Shown one piece after another: positions 50,880 through 57,673 of a stretch of 64,000 nt of DNA (positions within the stretch are counted from its first letter, which is position 1; the number at the start of each line of letters is the position of its first letter). The notes below the pieces were generated by a model, which had not been told where the DNA came from, made no database searches, and worked only from the letters and a program-made list of their open reading frames with translations. The position numbers and the translations under genes are program-made. Source of the stretch: a phage; assembly GCA_025677605.1 (NCBI GenBank), contig GCA_025677605.1_4110.1; one strand, given 5' to 3'.

Positions 50880-51242
50880 TTATTCGTAAATCTTGCCACT
50901 GTCAGCCCATACCAGGAAACGAGGCATATTATCCCATGCATCTTGTTTTAAGTTTAAGCCGTGCAATACTTCGGTACTTTCCATCCCAGGCACTGGTTTA
51001 CTATACACCGCAAATAGTTCGCCCATGTACTGATAAGCCATCGTTAAATCACTGGCAATCATCTTGTGGATCATCGCATCAAGCATCACAGTAGCGGCGT
51101 ATTGTTCACGCTTAAGCGGCAACATTGCAATCAATTCCCGATAAGCTGATATATGAATCTTTACAGTCTCAGCCGGAAGATCTTTCATCTCTTCGCGAAA
51201 GTTAACCAGGTTAGCAATGATTTTAGTGATTTGAGTCGCCAT
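50880..51242 (-). CDS. Hypothetical protein
   Basis: 120-aa ORF. Confidence 0.6.
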   Translation of the reverse strand: MATQITKIIANLVNFREEMKDLPAETVKIHISAYRELIAMLPLKREQYAATVMLDAMIHKMIASDLTMAYQYMGELFAVYSKPVPGMESTEVLHGLNLKQDAWDNMPRFLVWADSGKIYE

Positions 51243-51298
51243 CGTTTTAATTCCTATTAAAGTGAGTTAGGAGCGTTTCCCCCGTCTCGATGTAAAAC

Positions 51299-51326
51299 AT
51301 TATACGCCCTTAAACATAGTATGCAA
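51299..51326 (-). promoter_or_regulatory. sigma70-type promoter
   Basis: -35 TTGCAT 51321..51326; 16 bp; -10 TATAAT 51299..51304. Confidence 0.6.
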
Positions 51327-51534
51327 GTACTTTCTACAAATACTTTTAAAATAGTTTTCTTTCTATATAGGAGTACTATCATTCAGTACTGAATCAATCC
51401 AGTGGTACAATTATTCAGTACTATACCCTTAAAACGGCCTCAATCGCGTTCTAACGCATTAATACACCTAAGCTATACATTTGCACCACTCCCAACAATC
51501 CAGGGCTTTACGGGCCGTTTAAACACCAGTACTG

Positions 51535-52044
51535 TTAAGAGTACTTTTTAAAATATTTTATTATTGTTTCCTTTGTAACTCCAAATTTTCTACCCAATGC
51601 AGTAGCACCATAAACGCGATCCCCTGGCTTATAATGTGTTATAATGTATTGTGTATCGTCGGCGGTCAAACGTGCCTTATCGTTATCATATCCCGTTAAA
51701 CGTGGTTTAACTAATCCAGAATCAAACGCATGTTTAACATTTTCGCTATTGGTTGCCCATTCCAACGCGGTGTAATGATTGTTCGCCTTTCCCTTTAAAT
51801 GATTAACTTGAACTATCTTATAGTGAGTTTTTGCAGCCCATGCGATTTGTTCCGCAGTAGGCGGTGATAGATAGTTATTAGCAACCAATCTATGAACAAA
51901 ATGATCCCCATCGTTTAACGATACTCTTTGATAACCTTTTTCGGTTATACGTGGTTTAAGATTGGTTGTAGTGCCAATCTTTCTAACATCCCCATACTCG
52001 CTAACTTCATATAAATTATTTTCTTTTAGTACCTTCCATTGCAT
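51535..52044 (-). CDS. HNH homing endonuclease
   Basis: 169 aa. N-terminal YEVSEYGDVR and GYQRVSL..HRLVA (NUMOD4/HNH_3-type). VNHLKGKANNHYTALEWATNSEN is the HNH core. C-terminal HTH-like GRKFGVTKETIIKY. Confidence 0.8.
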   Translation of the reverse strand: MQWKVLKENNLYEVSEYGDVRKIGTTTNLKPRITEKGYQRVSLNDGDHFVHRLVANNYLSPPTAEQIAWAAKTHYKIVQVNHLKGKANNHYTALEWATNSENVKHAFDSGLVKPRLTGYDNDKARLTADDTQYIITHYKPGDRVYGATALGRKFGVTKETIIKYFKKYS

Positions 52045-52118
52045 ACACGATCCCCTGATGTAACATTTATTTGATACTATTATATCATAAAAATATGTTC
52101 CATCTCATAAAATAGTAC

Positions 52119-52146
52119 TTGCATTCTGTACGGCATAGCGTATAAT
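52119..52146 (+). promoter_or_regulatory. Plus-strand sigma70-type promoter followed by the R core
   Basis: -35 TTGCAT 52119..52124; 16 bp; -10 TATAAT 52141..52146; downstream GCC-loop-GGC then CTAACCCACAGGGTGCCGAG. Confidence 0.5.
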
Positions 52147-52334
52147 TACTACATAAGCCGGAAACAAGGCACTAACCCACAGGGTGCCGAGATCCGCCCA
52201 AAATTCATATAATTTAAAAAGGATACACTCCCGCACCCTAGCAGGTCAAAGCACTTTCTCAGTACTGAATCATAGTACCATAGTACGCCCCAGGATGGCA
52301 AGCAAATTAATTAAAACTTTTTACACTTAGGCTA

Positions 52335-52363
52335 TTGCTTTTATAATTCAGTACTGCTATAAT
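52335..52363 (+). promoter_or_regulatory. Plus-strand sigma70-type promoter followed by the R core
   Basis: -35 TTGCTT 52335..52340; 17 bp; -10 TATAAT 52358..52363; downstream AGTC-loop-GACT then CTAGCCCACCGGGTGCATAG. Confidence 0.5.
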
Positions 52364-52459
52364 TATTTCATCAAGTCGAGAAAGACTCTAGCCCACCGGG
52401 TGCATAGTTACGCCCAAAATTCAGTACTAGATTATTTTTAAAAATATTCATCCAGGCGG

Positions 52460-52540
52460 TTGACATACCCCGCTAAAACTGGGATAATGTTTCCAGATTC
52501 AGAAAAATCTAACTCCAGATACTGCGGGGAAACCATCCCC
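52460..52540 (+). promoter_or_regulatory. Plus-strand sigma70-type promoter plus leader hairpin firing into the repeat array
   Basis: -35 TTGACA 52460..52465; 17 bp; -10 GATAAT 52483..52488; hairpin GGGGA-AACCA-TCCCC 52526..52540; no ORF follows. Confidence 0.55.
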
Positions 52541-52587
52541 ACGCGGTAGGGGAACTATTGGAAAAAACAAAATAAAAATTTTGATTT

Positions 52588-52765
52588 AGCCGTCTATACA
52601 TCCAGACGTGTAACCATCTAGCCATCTAGCCGTCCAAACGTCTAGCAGTACAGCCATCTAGAAATCTAGCCATCTAGAAATCTAGCCATCCAGCCGTCTA
52701 GAGGGATAGCCATCTTTACTTCCAGACTTCTGGAGGGCTAGACATCTCTACGTCCAAAATCCACC
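52588..52765. repeat. Iteron-like array of about 15-18 degenerate 8-9-bp units (consensus ATCTAGCC / GTCTAGAN)
   Basis: For example CCATCTAGCCATCTAGCCGTCCAAACGTCTAGCAG...CCATCTAGAAATCTAGCCATCTAGAAATCTAGCCATCCAGCCGTCTAGAG. Confidence 0.75.
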
Positions 52766-53118
52766 CAGGGTTACTACGCCCAAAATCCGTCAGTACTATA
52801 CCATAGATCTATCTTTAAGAAGGGAGTATTCAGTACTGCCATCATAGTCCTCACTATGTTACCCTAGGAGGATGAAGACTATCATGTAGTACTGAATACT
52901 TTTAAGGGGAATATCATCACATTGCGTGATGCATTATATATTAGATTAATATCAGTACTGCTACCATTCTGTTAATAACAGTACTGTTTATATTACGAAA
53001 AAAGAGGTTGTCAAAGATGAACCACTGCATAGGAGGATTCAATCTCTTCTGTACTGTCTCACGACAGGAGGGTTAAGGCTCTGAATTGTTTGCGGCAATT
53101 CATCACTCTATGTAGAAC

Positions 53119-53146
53119 ATTATACAGTACTGAATCATAATGTCAA
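53119..53146 (-). promoter_or_regulatory. sigma70-type promoter with no downstream ORF
   Basis: -35 TTGACA 53141..53146; 16 bp; -10 TATAAT 53119..53124; more than 1 kb downstream lacks any credible ORF. Confidence 0.5.
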
Positions 53147-53591
53147 TAGATTTCTTCCATTATTCAGTACTGAAAACATATCTTCTGTATCTCTTCAAAA
53201 CTCATTATATCCCACTAATCCTATATGTCCCAATGTAAATTTCAACTTTCGAAGATCCAACTTTTATTTCATAGGTACTCCAAAATTTTTACGATCCAGA
53301 TTTACGATGGAGTACTAACCAACTTTTTGCTGGAGCCTCAAGGGGTATTCGGAATTTTCCCCAATGGGTATTCGGGATTTTTGACGAAGGGTAAATTGAA
53401 CTTTTTTGAATAGGTGATTGGGAGTTTTCAGTACTGGTCATTCCGTGATTACTTTTGATTGGAAATGATTTGTTTTGCAATTGTTCAGTACTGTAAAATT
53501 ATGTAAATTTTGGGCGACTTCATTTGCCTACTTAGTGGGATATCAGTACTGAATCATTCCTGCACTCTAGTACTCAATACTCTTCACTACA

Positions 53592-53651
53592 ATGATTATA
53601 AATGATTACTTAAATGTTTATATATGATTACTTATGACTACCTATGATTAC
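53592..53651. repeat. Five phased copies of ATGAT/CTAC/T
   Basis: Copies start at 53592, 53602, 53624, 53634 and 53644 (10-bp register within each group). Confidence 0.7.
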
Positions 53652-53691
53652 GGGGTTTAGCCTGGGGAGAATCCTAGTGATCGCATTTGTC

Positions 53692-53731
53692 CAGGCTGAA
53701 TTTTAACATATGCAACATATGTTAAAGCCTG
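53692..53731. repeat. Large palindrome/hairpin
   Basis: Perfect 11-bp arms TTTAACATATG 53702..53712 and CATATGTTAAA 53716..53726, extended by CAGGCT / AGCCTG; TGTATAAT immediately follows on the plus strand. Confidence 0.75.
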
Positions 53732-53776
53732 TATAATGCTTGCACTACGGAGCTTCCCCTAGCTATATGTGTTTAA

Positions 53777-53974
53777 TTACTTCCTATATATAAGCATTAA
53801 GATATAGTAGTACTGATTGTACTGTACATTCTCTAGAACAGGAGAAGGGTCTATTGCTATATTAGTACATTTATTAAATTCATATCGAGTCATTGGTAGA
53901 GGGATTAGAGCGTTAATCCATACTTGTTCATTCTCTTTGAGTTTACTTATATAGAATTCTTTATGGTCATTCAT
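53777..53974 (-). CDS. Family C tiny protein
   Basis: Track ORF 53777..54085 trimmed to MNDHKEFY (abuts the upstream stop); ends LMLIYRK. Confidence 0.55.
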   Translation of the reverse strand: MNDHKEFYISKLKENEQVWINALIPLPMTRYEFNKCTNIAIDPSPVLENVQYNQYYYILMLIYRK

Positions 53975-53975
53975 A

Positions 53976-54167
53976 TTAGTGTCTGTATATAAGTAATAGT
54001 AAGAATACGTACTGCACCTGTTCATCTTTAGTATTGAGTACTGTACGTATTGCGTCCTTAAACAAGAATATAGAACTTGGGTCATGGGAATTTAAAGGGA
54101 TTACGGGGACGGCATCTTTGTAGTTCTCTTTAACAAATTGTTTATAGTATTCTTTATAATTATCCAT
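53976..54167 (-). CDS. Family C tiny protein
   Basis: 63 aa; MDNYKEYY...LLLLIYRH. Confidence 0.6.
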   Translation of the reverse strand: MDNYKEYYKQFVKENYKDAVPVIPLNSHDPSSIFLFKDAIRTVLNTKDEQVQYVFLLLLIYRH

Positions 54168-54360
54168 AGATATATACTAGCAACATTAGGTTAGAGTATA
54201 GTGCTTTAGTGTCATCTTGTTCTAGAGCTTCAATTGAGTTCGTTGTAGCTTTCCTAAAGCCCATTTTTGCGTATGCACTTTTTGGATTAACGGGGGCGGC
54301 GGCTTCGCACCAGATTCTTTCGGTGCTTGATAGTTTACTCATATAGAATTCTTTATACAT
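54160..54360 (-). CDS. Family C tiny protein
   Basis: 66 aa; MYKEFY...LMLLVYIYG. Confidence 0.6.
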   Translation of the reverse strand: MYKEFYMSKLSSTERIWCEAAAPVNPKSAYAKMGFRKATTNSIEALEQDDTKALYSNLMLLVYIYG

Positions 54361-54361
54361 A

Positions 54362-54544
54362 TTAGTACCTGAATATTAGCATTGTTATGTAGTACAGCAT
54401 ATATGGATTGTCATCGTATATTAGGGTGTACTTAGTACATTGTTGGAACATTATCTTTGCGTGATCTTTTATTCCTATTGGTTCTGTTGGTACAAGGTGT
54501 TGGAGATGCATTGGGAGATGATCTTTATAAAATTCTTTATACAT
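54362..54544 (-). CDS. Family C tiny protein
   Basis: 60 aa; MYKEFY...ITMLIFRY. Confidence 0.6.
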   Translation of the reverse strand: MYKEFYKDHLPMHLQHLVPTEPIGIKDHAKIMFQQCTKYTLIYDDNPYMLYYITMLIFRY

Positions 54545-54552
54545 ATTAGTCC

Positions 54553-54741
54553 TTAGTACTGGAACGCGAGATACAGAGTGTGGTACAGTTGCACTTGAGA
54601 ATTGTTTTCATTAAGTACTTGTTCAGTACATGTGCGGAAGTAATCAGCTTCGTATATACAGTTAATATCGCGAGGTTCATCTTCTAATAGATTGCCTTGT
54701 AGAAACTTTGGTAGTTCTTTTATGTAGTATTCTTTATGCAT
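54553..54741 (-). CDS. Family C tiny protein
   Basis: 62 aa; MHKEYY...TLYLAFQY. Confidence 0.6.
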   Translation of the reverse strand: MHKEYYIKELPKFLQGNLLEDEPRDINCIYEADYFRTCTEQVLNENNSQVQLYHTLYLAFQY

Positions 54742-54750
54742 ATGATTTCC

Positions 54751-54939
54751 TTAGTACACGAATGCGAGGTACAGGGTGTGGTACAGTACTCGATGATAGC
54801 TATCATAATCTTGTATACATGCTTTAGTGCACATAGTAAAGTACTTTTTATCGTTTTGTGCATTGATACCGCGAGGTTTATCTAATAGATTAGTTATGAG
54901 GTACATTGGGAAATATTTTGTGTAGTATTCTTTGTGCAT
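54751..54939 (-). CDS. Family C tiny protein
   Basis: 62 aa; MHKEYY...TLYLAFVY. Confidence 0.6.
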   Translation of the reverse strand: MHKEYYTKYFPMYLITNLLDKPRGINAQNDKKYFTMCTKACIQDYDSYHRVLYHTLYLAFVY

Positions 54940-54940
54940 A

Positions 54941-55123
54941 TTAGTACCTGTATATAAGTGTTAGTACATTGTACAAGTTATAGATATCATCTTCATTTAT
55001 TGCAGATTCTGTTTGATATCGGTAGAATATAGTTTGGCTTTTATCTTTGAAATCTACAGGTTTTTGGGGAATAAGTTTTTGGAGATCTATTGTAAGTTTA
55101 CTTACGTAGTATTCTTTATACAT
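54941..55123 (-). CDS. Family C tiny protein
   Basis: Track ORF 54941..55186 trimmed to MYKEYYVSKL; ends VLTLIYRY. Confidence 0.55.
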   Translation of the reverse strand: MYKEYYVSKLTIDLQKLIPQKPVDFKDKSQTIFYRYQTESAINEDDIYNLYNVLTLIYRY

Positions 55124-55787
55124 AGTTTGTAATATAAGTAATGAGGTGATGAATTTTCTTATCAGTACTGATAAGTTCCTGTACATGTTTTGTTAGTTTG
55201 TACGCGTTTTTGTACAGTACAGGATTATCGATTACAGTACTGTACATGAATAGATCTTCTTCCTGTAGTTCTTTGTGTTCTAGTTCTTTGAGGAATTCTA
55301 CAATTGATTTAGTTTCTTCTGTACGTTGCTGTTGGAAGAAATGCATGTTATCGTGTATTTCTTCTGAACCCATACTGTATATGCCACCCATTTGGAATTG
55401 TGCTGTATTGACATCGTGGGAGGTGTTACAATTCCCGAAGAAGTATGTATTCCCGAAGTATAGCATTAAAGTGCACGGGGTATTATCCAACTGCATATGG
55501 ATGATGAAGGATGCGTTCTTTAGTACCTTCATGCTCGTATTAGTACTCAATACTTTTAAATCAGTATTATAGATATTCATATAATGAACAGCTATATTAT
55601 TTTTCTTCATGTACAATTCAAGGTTCTTTGATACGTTAACTCCATTTGTACTGGTTTTTTTACTTTTCTTTAGGTTCTTTAGTACATTAGGGTGATAAGT
55701 ATATGCATTAGTGGTAGATTCAGCCTGGATTGATTGCAGGTACTTGAAGTGCTGTAGGTATCGTTTACTTTGTGGATTGAGTTTCAT
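55116..55787 (-). CDS. Family A-like outlier within the family C array
   Basis: 223 aa; LQEEDLFMYSTVIDN at the motif position. Confidence 0.55.
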   Translation of the reverse strand: MKLNPQSKRYLQHFKYLQSIQAESTTNAYTYHPNVLKNLKKSKKTSTNGVNVSKNLELYMKKNNIAVHYMNIYNTDLKVLSTNTSMKVLKNASFIIHMQLDNTPCTLMLYFGNTYFFGNCNTSHDVNTAQFQMGGIYSMGSEEIHDNMHFFQQQRTEETKSIVEFLKELEHKELQEEDLFMYSTVIDNPVLYKNAYKLTKHVQELISTDKKIHHLITYITNYV

Positions 55788-55815
55788 TTTAGTCTCCTTA
55801 AATTGCTTATACTGC

Positions 55816-55995
55816 TTATACTGTTACAAGCGAGATTATTTCTCTGTATGGGTTATTTTTTGTCAGGACGTGATGAATGCAGCTATTGAGATTAATAGTT
55901 TTAGTACTTTTTGTTCCTATGTTGTAGTACTTCACGAAGGTGTCGTACATGAAACGATCCTTAGTACTGAGATTATCGGTGTAGTACTCTAGCAT
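55816..55995 (-). CDS. Family C tiny protein (59 aa, not in ORF track)
   Basis: Hand translation MLEYYTDNLSTKDRFMYDTF...NPYREIISLVTV. Confidence 0.5.
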   Translation of the reverse strand: MLEYYTDNLSTKDRFMYDTFVKYYNIGTKSTKTINLNSCIHHVLTKNNPYREIISLVTV

Positions 55996-56005
55996 AGTTT
56001 ATTCC

Positions 56006-56185
56006 TTATATAGAGATTAGTTTCAGTACTTCTCTGTACGTGTACTTTTCGTTTTGTGCTTCTACTGTACATGATAGCAGGTATCGTTTTTTATCTCTTT
56101 TGTTCCCGACTGTGTAGTACCTTTGGAATTGATTATAGATGTATCTATCTTTGTTCTGGAGTTTATAGATATAGAATTCTTGCAT
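56006..56185 (-). CDS. Family C tiny protein (59 aa, not in ORF track)
   Basis: Hand translation MQEFYIYKLQNKDRYIYNQF...KYTYREVLKLISI. Confidence 0.5.
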   Translation of the reverse strand: MQEFYIYKLQNKDRYIYNQFQRYYTVGNKRDKKRYLLSCTVEAQNEKYTYREVLKLISI

Positions 56186-56193
56186 AGTGTACC

Positions 56194-56373
56194 TTAGATA
56201 GAAATTAGTTTCAGTACTTCATTATATGTGAACATTTCGTCCTGTGCCAATTTAGTACAATTCAGGAGTAATTTTCTTTGTTTTCTTTGCGAACTACAAT
56301 GATAGCTCATTGAGAAGTAATTGAAGCCGTATCTATCTTCTGGGTAAATTACGCTTAGGTAGTATTCTAGCAT
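56194..56373 (-). CDS. Family C tiny protein (59 aa, not in ORF track)
   Basis: Hand translation MLEYYLSVIYPEDRYGFNYF...MFTYNEVLKLISI. Confidence 0.5.
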   Translation of the reverse strand: MLEYYLSVIYPEDRYGFNYFSMSYHCSSQRKQRKLLLNCTKLAQDEMFTYNEVLKLISI

Positions 56374-56381
56374 TGTATTCT

Positions 56382-56567
56382 CTACATTTCAATAAGTTTA
56401 AGTACTGCTCTGTACGTGTACTTAGTTGTTAGTACTTCTTTTATAGCAGTACAGAAGTAATGTTGTTTGTCTCTTATACTGCCGCGTTTGTAGTACCATA
56501 CATGGGAGTTGTGGCTGTACTTGTCTCTGTCGGATAGTTGTTGGTAATAGTAGCTTATATGATTCAT
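56382..56567 (-). CDS. Family C tiny protein
   Basis: 61 aa; ...KYTYRAVLKLIEM. Confidence 0.6.
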   Translation of the reverse strand: MNHISYYYQQLSDRDKYSHNSHVWYYKRGSIRDKQHYFCTAIKEVLTTKYTYRAVLKLIEM

Positions 56568-56776
56568 TGTAATGTAATTAGCCTTACTATATTAAAGTAC
56601 TCGGTCCCTGTTGCACCTTGTAGAATATTACGCACGACATGTTTGTGGTGCAGGATGATTGCTGAAGGTGCGGTTCTTTTAAGTTTTTTAAAAGTACTGA
56701 ATTCTTGTTTAAGTATGAACTGTACATCTTTAGGGAGAATATCTATGTAGTACTGATGAATGTTTGTAATTTTCAT
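56564..56776 (-). CDS. Family C tiny protein (divergent)
   Basis: 70 aa; MKITNIHQYY...NIVRLITLQ. Confidence 0.55.
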   Translation of the reverse strand: MKITNIHQYYIDILPKDVQFILKQEFSTFKKLKRTAPSAIILHHKHVVRNILQGATGTEYFNIVRLITLQ

Positions 56777-56787
56777 ATAGTACCTTT

Positions 56788-56979
56788 TTAGAACTTAAAG
56801 ATGAGGTACATGATAGATAGGTACTTAGTTGAAGTAAATGGTTGTTCTATTGCATAACGTGTCTCCAACCTGAAATCGTAATTATAAAAGGGACTATTCT
56901 TTCTCATAGGTTCTTGAGGGAATGAGTCCCTGTATTGTTCGTGTAGTTTACTACAGTAGAAATCTTTATGATTATTCAT
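56788..56979 (-). CDS. Family C tiny protein
   Basis: 63 aa; MNNHKDFY...IMYLIFKF. Confidence 0.6.
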   Translation of the reverse strand: MNNHKDFYCSKLHEQYRDSFPQEPMRKNSPFYNYDFRLETRYAIEQPFTSTKYLSIMYLIFKF

Positions 56980-57181
56980 AGAAGTATATTAGTCCGATTA
57001 AACTTGAGTACTGCATATTTTTGTTATTGCATTCAATAGCTTCTAGAGTACTACGTATACAATTATTAAAGCAATTCCTTGTGTTGGGTGTGTCTATACT
57101 TACAGGTGGTACACTCCTTAGAAACATTTGTTCTTCGTTGCTGAGGTATTTGGTGTAGAATTCTTTATGTTCAGTATTCAT
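56972..57181 (-). CDS. Family C tiny protein
   Basis: 69 aa; MNTEHKEFY...LIGLIYFYE. Confidence 0.6.
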   Translation of the reverse strand: MNTEHKEFYTKYLSNEEQMFLRSVPPVSIDTPNTRNCFNNCIRSTLEAIECNNKNMQYSSLIGLIYFYE

Positions 57182-57182
57182 A

Positions 57183-57383
57183 TTAGTACTCCAATAGTAG
57201 TGTTAAGATGAAATAGTACTGCATACTTTCGTTACCTTCTATTGCATTCCAGATGAGGTTATTCCTGTTTGAGTTCAGGAGTCCTGGTATGCGTTTAGCA
57301 TTTTTCAGTACTGTTTTTTGGTTCTTCATTGCATCTTGTAGCCCAGGGTGCAATGCATTGATGTAGTACGGGTTAATGTTCAT
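57183..57383 (-). CDS. Family C tiny protein
   Basis: 66 aa; MNINPYY...ILTLLLEY. Confidence 0.6.
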   Translation of the reverse strand: MNINPYYINALHPGLQDAMKNQKTVLKNAKRIPGLLNSNRNNLIWNAIEGNESMQYYFILTLLLEY

Positions 57384-57607
57384 ATAGCCACTAGTACTAA
57401 GATGTTTAAAAATTGTTTACGGGTATCCCCTAATAGTGTATTGTGTACAATGCTCACAGTAAGGGTATTCAGTGCACTACCAAGCATAAGGTTACACCCT
57501 GTGCTCTTATGATTTTTTAGTTCAATTAGCCACGATTGGTCAGAGAGAACCTTTGCGTACTCTAGTTCATTTAGTTCATTGATGTAGTACTTTAGAGCAT
57601 ATGGCAT
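57380..57607 (-). CDS. Family C tiny protein (first gene of operon)
   Basis: 75 aa; MPYALKYY...NILVLVAI; AAGGAG SD. Confidence 0.6.
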   Translation of the reverse strand: MPYALKYYINELNELEYAKVLSDQSWLIELKNHKSTGCNLMLGSALNTLTVSIVHNTLLGDTRKQFLNILVLVAI

Positions 57608-57632
57608 GTACGATTCTCCTTAGATTTCTCAT

Positions 57633-57661
57633 ATAGTACATCAGTACTGAAAGGGTGTCAA
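57633..57661 (-). promoter_or_regulatory. sigma70-type promoter of the family C operon
   Basis: -35 TTGACA 57656..57661; 17 bp; -10 TACTAT 57633..57638. Confidence 0.6.
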
Positions 57662-57673
57662 GGGTTTTCTTTT

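Noticed and set aside
33138-51326. Regularly spaced near-identical intergenic repeats, considered as a possible CRISPR array
   Set aside because: The repeat units are promoter plus hairpin. The 'spacers' are 150-700-bp protein-coding genes of variable length. No cas genes are present.
53225-53480. ORFs 53225..53413 (+) and 53289..53480 (-) inside the non-coding control region
   Set aside because: The two overlap each other and have no SD or promoter context. Their composition is odd, and the region is better explained as regulatory repeats.
41220-53600. tRNA, tmRNA or group I intron candidates in the non-coding stretches (41.2, 46.2, 51.4, 52-53.7 kb)
   Set aside because: I could not find a cloverleaf with a GTTCGAATC-type T-loop, acceptor pairing or intron core elements.
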